From NCBI GenBank assembly GCA_018110785.1, contig JAGBHD010000054.1, forward strand, positions 1 to 61,650: 61,650 nt of DNA. Direction: 5' to 3'. A model generated the notes under the pieces. The model did not search any database. It was not told the origin of the DNA and worked only from the letters and a program-made list of their open reading frames with translations. The position numbers and the translations under genes were made by a program. Of the stretch, positions 29,905 through 38,728 are shown piece by piece. The first letter of the stretch is position 1; each line of letters begins with the position of its first letter. The DNA is from Oscillospiraceae bacterium (GTDB lineage: Bacteria > Bacillota > Clostridia > Oscillospirales > JAGBHD01).

Positions 29905-32355
29905 ATGAAACTTGCTTTTTCAACCAAATATATAAATCCTGATTCCTTTTTAGAGCTTTGTAATTTTACCTCTGAATACGGATTTTCGGGATTTGAGGTA
30001 GCAAATGCTATCGCTGATAAAAAGCGCCATGAGGATAGCATATTTCATTCTTCTGAAACCGCAGGAGCAAAAAGAAAGCTTGTAAACCGCCATATTGAGA
30101 TAAGCGCTCTTGCATTTCCCGAAGCTATAAACGATAATACCGATGCAGAAGATTTGAAAAAATATGTAGAAATGGCATCTAATGTTTCGGGAAGCGGGGT
30201 AATAGTTGAATTTGAAACGATACCCGAAAGAGAGAAACTTAAAGCGATTTTTGGCCCTGCTATAGAAACAGCCGAGAAATTCGGCGTTATGATTATGATA
30301 GAAACGGCGGGACCTCTTTCCGACACAAAAAAGGTATTAGAGGTTATAAATGTTTTTGAAACCGCTGCTTTAGGGGTTGCATGGAATATAAGAGAAACCT
30401 ATTTTAAAGCGGGAGAGTCTGCCGATAAAACTATCCAGACCTTAGGCGCTTATATCTCTTATGTTCGCTTGGGGGACAAAAAAGGAGAGAAAAACGTTCT
30501 CATCGGCGATGGAGAGCTTCCTGTTCGCGATTTTATGAATGCCCTTCGCTCTCTTAATTACGATGGCTTTATCTCGGCAGACTGGAATGACGATATTACC
30601 TCTGCAGATATTGTTCTTACCCATTTTGTAAGCTATATGGCTTCTTTAGCGGCTAAAGAAACTGCTTCTAAAGAGATTTATTATAATCACTCTAAAACGG
30701 GAACATTCCCTTGGAAGAAATATGATGTTTTAGATATAACCTTTTCTGAGGTTCTCGATACTATGGCGGAAAGATACCCCGACCAATATGCATTTAAATA
30801 TACAACTCTCGACTATACGCGCACATACGCGCAGTTCAGAGAGGATGTTGATAAGGTTGCGGCGGCGCTTATTTCTATGGGCGTTAAGGCGGGACATCAT
30901 GTAGCTATATGGGCAACAAATGTTCCTCAATGGTTTTTAACCTTCTGGGCATCTGTTAAGATTGGCGCAGTTTTGGTAACCGTTAATACGGCATATAAAA
31001 TTCATGAGGCGGAATATCTGCTTCGCCAGTCGGATACCCATACTTTAGTTATGATAGACAGCTGCAAGGATTCTAATTATAAGGAAATTATAGAAGAGCT
31101 TTGCCCTGAGCTTAAAAACACAGTTCCCGGAACACCTCTTTATTCTAAAACTCTGCCATTTTTGCGCAATGTTGTAACCGTAGGCTTTAAGATGGACGGC
31201 GCTTTGGAATGGAATGAGTTTATGGAACGAAGCTCTTTAGTTCCTATAGAAGAGGTAAGAAGAAGAGCATCTAAGGTAGTTCCCGATGATGTTTGCAATA
31301 TGCAATATACCTCAGGAACAACGGGATTCCCCAAAGGCGTTATGCTGACACACCGCAATATTATAAACAACGGCAAGATAATCGGCGACCGAATGGATAT
31401 TTCAACTGCCGACAGAATGATGATTCAGGTTCCCATGTTCCATTGCTTCGGAATGGTTCTCTCGATGACTAATATGATGACTCACGGGGGAACAATTTGT
31501 CCTATGCCTTATTTCTCGCCGAAGTCTTCGCTTGCTTGTATAAATCAAGAAAAGATTACCTGTTTTAACGGTGTACCTACGATGTTTATCGCGATGTTTA
31601 ATCATGCAAATTTCTCAAAGACCGATTTTTCTCATATAAGAACGGGGATTATGGCAGGCGCCAACTGCCCTCCCGATTTAATGCGAAGAGCGGCGGCAGA
31701 GATGAATATGACTGAAATTATCAGCGTTTACGGACAGACAGAGGCTTCCCCCGGATGCACGATGGGAGAGGTAAATGAAGACCTTGAGCATAGGGTTGAA
31801 ACGGTTGGAAGCGCCTTTCCGGGAGTTGAATGTAAGATTATTGATCCCGAAACGGGAGAGGAACTGCCCGACGGAGAAAATGGCGAATTTGTTGCTCGCG
31901 GATATAATATAATGAAAGGGTATTATAAGATGCCCGAAGCTACCGAACAGACTATTGATAAAGACGGCTGGCTTCACAGCGGAGATATATGCTGCCGCAC
32001 TCCCGACGGATATTATAAGGTAACAGGCAGACTTAAGGATATGATAATTCGCGGCGGCGAAAATTTATATCCAAGAGAAATAGAGGAATTTTATTTAACA
32101 CATGATAAGGTCCGCGATGTTCAGGTTGTAGGCGTACCCGATAGCCGATATGGCGAAGAGGCCTGCGCTTGGATAATTCTTCATAAAGGGGTTTCTTCCG
32201 ATGAAGCTGAAATGAGGGAATACGGAGAAAGCCATATGGCAAAACACAAGGTCCCGAGATACTTTATTTTTACTAAAGAATTCCCGATGAATGCGGCAGG
32301 AAAGATACTTAAATATAAAATGAGAGATGAATCTATAAAAAAATTAGGACTTTAA
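29905..32355 (+). CDS. Fusion of a xylose-isomerase/AP-endonuclease-2-like TIM barrel and an AMP-dependent acyl-CoA synthetase
   Basis: N-terminus MKLAFST...YVRLGD...LIGDGELP..L...YDGFISADW. C-terminus YTSGTTGFPKG, YGQTEASP, WLHSGD, GRLKDMIIRGGEN, AGKILK. Start 29905 chosen from RBS GAGG. Confidence 0.85.
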   Translation: MKLAFSTKYINPDSFLELCNFTSEYGFSGFEVANAIADKKRHEDSIFHSSETAGAKRKLVNRHIEISALAFPEAINDNTDAEDLKKYVEMASNVSGSGVIVEFETIPEREKLKAIFGPAIETAEKFGVMIMIETAGPLSDTKKVLEVINVFETAALGVAWNIRETYFKAGESADKTIQTLGAYISYVRLGDKKGEKNVLIGDGELPVRDFMNALRSLNYDGFISADWNDDITSADIVLTHFVSYMASLAAKETASKEIYYNHSKTGTFPWKKYDVLDITFSEVLDTMAERYPDQYAFKYTTLDYTRTYAQFREDVDKVAAALISMGVKAGHHVAIWATNVPQWFLTFWASVKIGAVLVTVNTAYKIHEAEYLLRQSDTHTLVMIDSCKDSNYKEIIEELCPELKNTVPGTPLYSKTLPFLRNVVTVGFKMDGALEWNEFMERSSLVPIEEVRRRASKVVPDDVCNMQYTSGTTGFPKGVMLTHRNIINNGKIIGDRMDISTADRMMIQVPMFHCFGMVLSMTNMMTHGGTICPMPYFSPKSSLACINQEKITCFNGVPTMFIAMFNHANFSKTDFSHIRTGIMAGANCPPDLMRRAAAEMNMTEIISVYGQTEASPGCTMGEVNEDLEHRVETVGSAFPGVECKIIDPETGEELPDGENGEFVARGYNIMKGYYKMPEATEQTIDKDGWLHSGDICCRTPDGYYKVTGRLKDMIIRGGENLYPREIEEFYLTHDKVRDVQVVGVPDSRYGEEACAWIILHKGVSSDEAEMREYGESHMAKHKVPRYFIFTKEFPMNAAGKILKYKMRDESIKKLGL

Positions 32356-32374
32356 AATTTTTTTAAAAAAGTAC

Positions 32375-32403
32375 TTGACAGTAAAACTTTAGTGTGCTAA
32401 TAT
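32375..32403 (+). promoter_or_regulatory. SigA promoter for the Ile T-box unit
   Basis: TTGACA-17 bp-TAATAT with extended TG. Confidence 0.75.
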
Positions 32404-32420
32404 GATTTCATCAATTTAAT

Positions 32421-32682
32421 AAAGGCTATGACGAAGACGGACTTAACATAGAGTTTTAAAGAGAGTCGGGGGCGGTGGAAGCCCGATAAACAAGTGTTCT
32501 GTTTCCTATCACTTCTGAGCCGGAGATCCGAAAAGAATTTCTTAGTAGGCGTCTCTCGTGATTGCTGCGTTAATGCATACGGCTTGTTAGAGCCTGAGGG
32601 GCATCTTAAAGATGCAATTTGAGTGGTACCGCGGGTATTGATTTTCAAAACTCGTCTCAAGTTTTTTGAGACGGGTTTTTAT
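32421..32682 (+). promoter_or_regulatory. T-box riboswitch, Ile (specifier AUC at 32508-32510)
   Basis: GCTATGACGAAG...ATC-A-CTTC-TGAGC stem I, AGAGA and GGTGGAA boxes, AATTTGAGTGGTACCGCG, terminator ACTCGTCTCAA/TTGAGACGGGTTTTTT. Confidence 0.92.
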
Positions 32683-32707
32683 TATTTTATAAAAGGAGAG
32701 ATGGAAA

Positions 32708-34975
32708 ATGGAACTTAATACAGCCATGGAAAGACTTACGGAGATTGCTCGCCGAATACGCGAGATGCGAGAAATTTTAGGCTACAGCATTTCCGATATG
32801 GCTTTGAAAACCGAGGTCAGCGAAGAGCAGTATCTTGCGTTTGAAAGCGGTACGGCTGATATACCGTTCTCATTTATTCATAAATGCGCTTTGGTGTTTA
32901 ATGTTGAGCTTACCGAGCTTTTAGAAGGCAACAGCGCAAATCTTTCGAGCTATACAGTAACGAGAAAGGGAGAAGGACAGGAAACCGCTAAAGAAGACGG
33001 TATTGATATTAAAAACCTTGCTCCTAAATTTAAAGATAAGATAGCAGAGCCTTATTGGGTAAGATACGAATATTCTGCTTCTCAGCAAAATAAGCCTATT
33101 CATTTAACAAAGCACAGCGGACAGGAGTTTGACCTTGTTCTAAAGGGTACTTTAAAGGTTCAGATAGGCGAACATACAGAGGTTTTGCATGAGGGCGACA
33201 GCATTTATTACGACAGCTCAACACCTCACGGAATGATAGCTGTTAACGGAGAGGATTGCGTATTCTGCGCAGTTGTTCTCCCCGGAGAGGAAACAAAAGA
33301 AGAGGTTGTAAGACAGAGCATTGCTTCGGCAAAAACCTCCGAAGAGCTTATCTGCGAGGAGTTTGTTAAACCTTTGGAAGATGAAAACGGGGTTTTAAAG
33401 AAGATTGACTTTGTTAATACCGAGAGGTTCAACTTCGGATTTGATATCGTTGATAAAATCGCAGATAAATATCCCGAAAAATTAGCAATGCTTTATGTTG
33501 ATAAAAACCATAACGAGAAAAGATTTACCTTTAAGGATATAAAGAGAGCCTCTAACCAATGCGCTAACTATTTCGCTTCGCTTGGAATCGGAAAAGGCGA
33601 TAAGGTTATGCTCGTTTTGAAAAGACATTATCAGTTCTGGTTTTCTATGGTTGCTCTTCATAAGCTCGGCGCTGTTGCGATTCCTGCAACAAACCAGCTC
33701 AAAGAGCACGATTTTGAATATCGCTATAATGCGGCAGGGGTTAAGGCTATTATCTGCACATCTGATGGAGATACTGCCGAAATCGCTGAAAATGCGGCAA
33801 AGAAATGCCCTGAAGTTAAAACCAAAATTATCGTAGGAAATCCCCGCGAGGGCTGGTGCGACTTTAACAGCGAATACACCCGCTTTTCGGGAAAATTCGA
33901 AAGAAGCGAGGACACACCTGCAGGTGATGAAACTGCTTTAATGTTCTTCACATCGGGAACAACAGGAAACCCAAAAATGGCGGCTCATAAACATACCTAC
34001 GGTCTTGGACATTTTGTAACGGCTAAATACTGGCATTGTTGCGAAAGAGATGGCCTCCATTTTACAATTTCTGACACCGGCTGGGGAAAATCCCTTTGGG
34101 GCAAGCTTTACGGACAATGGCTCTGCGAGGGCGCGGTATTTGTTTACGACTTTGACAGATTTGATGCGGCAGATATTTTACCTATGTTTGCAAAATACAA
34201 GATAACAACCTTCTGCGCTCCGCCCACGATGCTTCGTATGTTTATAAAAGATGACCTTTCTAAATACGATTTGTCATCTATCCATCATATGACAACGGCA
34301 GGAGAGGCATTAAACCCTGAGGTTTATAAGCAATTCAAAGAGGCAACAGGTCTCCAGATTATGGAAGGCTTCGGTCAGACAGAAACAACCCTTACCATCT
34401 GCAACCTAAGAGGAACAACTCCGAAAATAGGCTCTATGGGCAAGGCTTCGCCGCAATACGATGTTGATATCGTAGATGCTGAAGGTAAATCCGTACCTAA
34501 CGGAGAAACCGGAGAAATCGTTATTCATACGGATAAAACCGTTCCATGCGGACTTTTCAATGAATATTATCTTGACGAAGAGAAAACGAATGAAGCTTGG
34601 TACGACGGAATGTATCATACAGGCGATACTGCTTGGAGAGATGAAGACGGTTATTTTTGGTATGTTAGCCGCATAGACGATGTTATCAAATCTTCGGGTT
34701 ACCGCATAGGACCTTTTGAAATCGAAAGCGTTATTATGGAGCTTCCTTATGTTTTAGAATGCGGTGTTTCAGCTGCTCCCGACGAGGTTCGCGGTCAGGT
34801 TGTTAAAGCTAGTGTTGTGCTTACCAAAGGAACTGTTCCCTCCGATGAACTCAAAAAGGAAATTCAGGAATATGTTAAGAGCCATACAGCTCCTTACAAG
34901 TATCCCAGAATCGTTGAATTCAGAGAGGAACTGCCGAAAACGATAAGCGGAAAAATCCAGCGCAATAAACTTTAA
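32708..34975 (+). CDS. XRE-HTH + cupin + AMP-dependent acyl-CoA synthetase fusion (medium/branched-chain type), Ile T-box controlled
   Basis: N-terminal HTH (RIREMREILGYS), cupin (HSGQEFDLV..GDSIYYDSSTPHGM), ligase motifs FTSGTTGNPK, GFGQTET, YHTGD, SSGYRIGPFEIE, PKTISGKIQR. Confidence 0.88.
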   Translation: MELNTAMERLTEIARRIREMREILGYSISDMALKTEVSEEQYLAFESGTADIPFSFIHKCALVFNVELTELLEGNSANLSSYTVTRKGEGQETAKEDGIDIKNLAPKFKDKIAEPYWVRYEYSASQQNKPIHLTKHSGQEFDLVLKGTLKVQIGEHTEVLHEGDSIYYDSSTPHGMIAVNGEDCVFCAVVLPGEETKEEVVRQSIASAKTSEELICEEFVKPLEDENGVLKKIDFVNTERFNFGFDIVDKIADKYPEKLAMLYVDKNHNEKRFTFKDIKRASNQCANYFASLGIGKGDKVMLVLKRHYQFWFSMVALHKLGAVAIPATNQLKEHDFEYRYNAAGVKAIICTSDGDTAEIAENAAKKCPEVKTKIIVGNPREGWCDFNSEYTRFSGKFERSEDTPAGDETALMFFTSGTTGNPKMAAHKHTYGLGHFVTAKYWHCCERDGLHFTISDTGWGKSLWGKLYGQWLCEGAVFVYDFDRFDAADILPMFAKYKITTFCAPPTMLRMFIKDDLSKYDLSSIHHMTTAGEALNPEVYKQFKEATGLQIMEGFGQTETTLTICNLRGTTPKIGSMGKASPQYDVDIVDAEGKSVPNGETGEIVIHTDKTVPCGLFNEYYLDEEKTNEAWYDGMYHTGDTAWRDEDGYFWYVSRIDDVIKSSGYRIGPFEIESVIMELPYVLECGVSAAPDEVRGQVVKASVVLTKGTVPSDELKKEIQEYVKSHTAPYKYPRIVEFREELPKTISGKIQRNKL

Positions 34976-34982
34976 AAAATAG

Positions 34983-35012
34983 TTGACAAGATTTTAGAAG
35001 ATATGATATAAT
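34983..35012 (+). promoter_or_regulatory. SigA promoter for the Val T-box unit
   Basis: TTGACA-18 bp-TATAAT with extended TG. Confidence 0.75.
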
Positions 35013-35024
35013 TCTCTTATATTG

Positions 35025-35308
35025 TAAAGGCTTCGACGAAGAGGGCAAAAGAATGTTCCGGTTAAGAGAGGCGGCGGTTGGTGAAAGCTGCTCGAAGAAA
35101 TCTTTTGTTTGTAGCTTCTGAGCCGGAAGGAAGAAAGGGCAAAAAAGCCTTAGTAGAACCTTCCCGTGATTGCTGCGTAAATGCATAAGGCTTGATAGAG
35201 CCTGAGGGGCATCTTAAAGATGCAATTTGAGTGGTACCGCGGGATATAATTGATTTTATAGCTCGTCTCAAAGGAAACATATCTTTTGAGGCGGGCTGTT
35301 ATTGTTTA
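35025..35308 (+). promoter_or_regulatory. T-box riboswitch, Val (specifier GUA at 35111-35113)
   Basis: GACGAAG...GTA-G-CTTC-TGAGC stem I, AGAGA and GGTGAAA boxes, AATTTGAGTGGTACCGCG, terminator stem AGCTCGTCTCAAAG/TTTTGAGGCGGGCT. Confidence 0.92.
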
Positions 35309-35338
35309 AAACCCGCCGGCACAACGGGAGGAACTTAT

Positions 35339-37636
35339 ATGAATACTGCTACCGGTCTTGAATTTAAAATTAAAGAGATGGCGCAGCGAATTCGTACGCT
35401 TAGAGAAATAGTTGGAATTTCGCCTGATGAGATGGCGGCAAAAACAGGCATCAGCTCAGCAGAATATATTGCTTGCGAAGCGGGAGAGAAAGATTTAAAC
35501 TTTGCTTTTCTTTATCGCTGCGCGTTAGCTTTGAATGTTGATGTTACCGATATTATAGAGGGCGCAAGCCCCCGTCTTGCAGGATATACAGTTACAAGAA
35601 ACGGAGCCGGTCAGGAAATTCAAAAGGCGCACGGCATGACCTATTATAACCTTGCCGCTTCCTTTAAAAATCGTATCGCGGAGCCTTTGTATGTTATATC
35701 CCAATATGACGAAAAAGCGCAGAACGCCGATATTGAGCTTACGAGCCACGAAGGTCAGGAATGCGATGTTGTAGTTAAAGGAGCTTTAAAGGTTCAGGTA
35801 GGCGACCATATTGAAATTCTCCATGAGGGCGATAGCATTTATTACGATAGCTCAACCCCTCACGGAATGATAGCTGTTGAGGGCGAAGACTGTATTTTCT
35901 ATGCATTTGTTTTAAACCCCGCAAGCGAGCCTATTTCAAAGATTGCTCACGGCGGCGTTAGAGATTTTGTAGCGGCGCCTAACAAAAAGAAAAAAGAAGA
36001 AAAAAAGCGCATATGGGAAGACATTATTATTCCGACAGAAGATGATAACGGCGTTTTAAAGGCTATAAGCTTTAAAAATGAGGATAATTTCAACTTTGCT
36101 TTTGATGTTATTGACCGTTTAGGCAGAGAACAGCCCGAGAAAACAGCCATGATTCATATTTCAAGGGATAAAACAGAACGCCGTTTTACCTTTTCGGAGC
36201 TAAAAAGAGCATCGTCGCAAACTGCGAACTATTTTAAATCATTGGGCATCAAAAAGGGCGATAAAGTAATGCTTATTCTAAAGCGTCATTATCAGTTCTG
36301 GTTTTCAATGATAGCGCTTCATAAAATAGGTGCTATTGCAATTCCTGCGACAAATCAGCTTAAAGAGCACGATCTTACATACAGATTTAACAAAGCTAAT
36401 GTTAAAATGATAATCTGCACCTCTGATGACGGTGTTGCCGAAGAGGTTGAAAAGGCAGAAAAACATTCTCCCGAGCTTCAAACCAAAATCATAGTAGGCT
36501 CCCATAGAGATGGTTGGAGAAGCTTTGACGAGGAATATGGCTTATATACAGGCAAATTCGAGCGCGATGAAGAGTCCCCCTCGGGCGATGATATTATGCT
36601 TATGTATTTTACCTCGGGAACAACAGGAAATCCAAAAATCGCAATGCATAACTATAAATATCCGCTCGGTCATTTTATAACCGCGAAATATTGGCATTGT
36701 GTTAATCCCGATGGGCTTCACCTTACAATTTCCGATACAGGTTGGGCAAAGGCTGCATGGGGCAAGCTTTACGGACAATGGCTTTGCGAAGCAGGTCTTT
36801 TTGTTTACGATTTCGATAGATTTGATGCGAACGATATTATGCCAATGTTCGCTCGCTACGGAATTACGACCTTCTGCGCTCCGCCAACAATGCTTCGCAT
36901 GATGATAAAGCAGGATTTATCGAAATTTGATCTTTCCTCTATCGAGCATATGACAACGGCGGGAGAGGCATTAAACCCCGAAGTCTTCAGACAGTTTGAA
37001 AAGGCAACGGGACTGCAGATAATGGAGGGCTTCGGACAGACCGAAACGACGGTTGCTTTAGCTAACCTTGCAGGAACTAAGGCTAGGCTCGGCTCGATGG
37101 GAAAACCCGTTCCGCTTTATAATATAGAGCTTGTAGATTCAGATGATAAGCCTGTCCCTGTTGGCGAGGTAGGCGAGATTGTTATAAATATCAAAAACGG
37201 TACACCGCCCGGACTTTTCCAAGGATATTATACCGATGAAGAAAAAACCGCCGAATGCAAAAGAAACGGGTACTATCATACAGGCGATACTGCTTGGCGC
37301 GATGAAGACGGTTATTTCTGGTATGTAGGAAGGGTTGATGACGTTATTAAGTCATCAGGTTACCGCATAGGACCTTTTGAGATTGAAAATGTTATTATGG
37401 AGTTGCCCTATGTTTTAGAGTGCGGCGTTTCAGCTGAGCCTGATGAGGTAAGAGGTCAGGTAGTTAAGGCAAGTATAGTTTTAGTAAAAGGAACTGACGG
37501 CACTGACGAGCTGAAAAAGGAAATTCAGGAATATGTTAAAAACAGAACAGCTCCTTATAAATACCCCAGAGTTGTAGTTTTCAGAGATGAGCTTCCGAAA
37601 ACAACAAGCGGAAAAATTCAGAGAAATAAACTGTAA
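35339..37636 (+). CDS. XRE-HTH + cupin + AMP-dependent acyl-CoA synthetase fusion (paralogue of 32708..34975), Val T-box controlled
   Basis: Same domain order and motifs as the paralogue. True start is ATG 35339 after GGAGG; the longer ORF-track start lies inside the T-box. Confidence 0.88.
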   Translation: MNTATGLEFKIKEMAQRIRTLREIVGISPDEMAAKTGISSAEYIACEAGEKDLNFAFLYRCALALNVDVTDIIEGASPRLAGYTVTRNGAGQEIQKAHGMTYYNLAASFKNRIAEPLYVISQYDEKAQNADIELTSHEGQECDVVVKGALKVQVGDHIEILHEGDSIYYDSSTPHGMIAVEGEDCIFYAFVLNPASEPISKIAHGGVRDFVAAPNKKKKEEKKRIWEDIIIPTEDDNGVLKAISFKNEDNFNFAFDVIDRLGREQPEKTAMIHISRDKTERRFTFSELKRASSQTANYFKSLGIKKGDKVMLILKRHYQFWFSMIALHKIGAIAIPATNQLKEHDLTYRFNKANVKMIICTSDDGVAEEVEKAEKHSPELQTKIIVGSHRDGWRSFDEEYGLYTGKFERDEESPSGDDIMLMYFTSGTTGNPKIAMHNYKYPLGHFITAKYWHCVNPDGLHLTISDTGWAKAAWGKLYGQWLCEAGLFVYDFDRFDANDIMPMFARYGITTFCAPPTMLRMMIKQDLSKFDLSSIEHMTTAGEALNPEVFRQFEKATGLQIMEGFGQTETTVALANLAGTKARLGSMGKPVPLYNIELVDSDDKPVPVGEVGEIVINIKNGTPPGLFQGYYTDEEKTAECKRNGYYHTGDTAWRDEDGYFWYVGRVDDVIKSSGYRIGPFEIENVIMELPYVLECGVSAEPDEVRGQVVKASIVLVKGTDGTDELKKEIQEYVKNRTAPYKYPRVVVFRDELPKTTSGKIQRNKL

Positions 37637-37648
37637 AGGAGAATATAT

Positions 37649-38728
37649 ATGAAATACGAAATTTCTATAACCAAAACAGCGGCTCCAAAGCCTCACCCGA
37701 CCGATGAATCAAAGCTCGGTTTCGGAAGAATTTTTACAGATCACATGTTTTTAATGGATTATGCGGCTGATAAAGGCTGGTATAACGGAAGAATAGTTCC
37801 TTTCGGTCCCATCCCCGTTCACCCTGCTTCTACCGTTTTGCATTACGGCGCAGAGATATTTGAAGGACTTAAGGCCTATAGAACGGTTAATAACGAGATT
37901 AAATTATTCCGTCCGTTAGAAAACATAAAGCGCCTTAACAACAGCGCAGAGCGTTTATGCTTGCCTGAACTTGATGAAGAGGGCTGTCTTGATATTTTAA
38001 AGACATTGGTTGAACTAGAAAAGGATTGGGTTCCAAAGAGCGAGGGGACATCTCTTTATCTTCGTCCGTTCCTTTTCGGAAATGACCCGCATCTTGGAGT
38101 TCACGCAGTTAAAGAGGCTGTTTTTGCAGTTATCTGCTCACCCGTTGGCGCTTATTATGCAGAGGGCATAAACCCCGTTAAGATTGCTATTGAATCCGAA
38201 GATGTTCGCGCTGTTCGCGGCGGAACAGGATACGCTAAATGCGGCGGTAACTATGCGGCAAGTCTTAGAGCGGGAGAAAGAGCCGAAAGAAAGGGATATA
38301 CTCAGGTTCTTTGGCTTGACGGCGTTGAGAGAAAATATATTGAAGAAGTCGGCGCGATGAACGTTATGTTCAAAATCGACGGCAAAATTATAACCCCCGC
38401 GCTTACAGGCTCGGTACTCCCCGGTATAACAAGAAAATCCAGTATAGAGATGCTTCGCGATTGGGGATATGAGGTAGAGGAAAGACTTTTATCGGTTGAT
38501 GAGCTGTTTGCGGCGGCAGAAGACGGCAGCTTAGAAGAGGCTTGGGGAACAGGAACAGCGGCAGTTGTTTCTCCTATAGGTCATCTTTTCTATAACGGCA
38601 AGGAATATACTGTTTCCAATAATGAAATAGGTGAACTTACACAGAAGCTTTATGATAATCTTACAGGTATTCAGTGGGGCAAGATAGAAGATAAATACGG
38701 CTGGTGCGAAAAGGTTTGCAATGGGTAA
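37649..38728 (+). CDS. ilvE: Branched-chain amino acid aminotransferase
   Basis: LGFG..FTDHM, LHYGAEIFEGLKAY, LYLRP, KCGGNYA, EEVGAMN, LPGITR, GTAAVVSP. Confidence 0.96.
   Translation: MKYEISITKTAAPKPHPTDESKLGFGRIFTDHMFLMDYAADKGWYNGRIVPFGPIPVHPASTVLHYGAEIFEGLKAYRTVNNEIKLFRPLENIKRLNNSAERLCLPELDEEGCLDILKTLVELEKDWVPKSEGTSLYLRPFLFGNDPHLGVHAVKEAVFAVICSPVGAYYAEGINPVKIAIESEDVRAVRGGTGYAKCGGNYAASLRAGERAERKGYTQVLWLDGVERKYIEEVGAMNVMFKIDGKIITPALTGSVLPGITRKSSIEMLRDWGYEVEERLLSVDELFAAAEDGSLEEAWGTGTAAVVSPIGHLFYNGKEYTVSNNEIGELTQKLYDNLTGIQWGKIEDKYGWCEKVCNG

Noticed and set aside
32397-35280. Two similar minus-strand ORFs (32397..32660 and 35062..35280) sharing RGTTQIASLRCPSGS
   Set aside because: They are antisense translations of the duplicated T-box block, not a protein family.
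35231-35338. N-terminal extension of the 801-aa ORF
   Set aside because: It starts inside the T-box bulge. The real start is ATG 35339, with an RBS and alignment to the paralogue.
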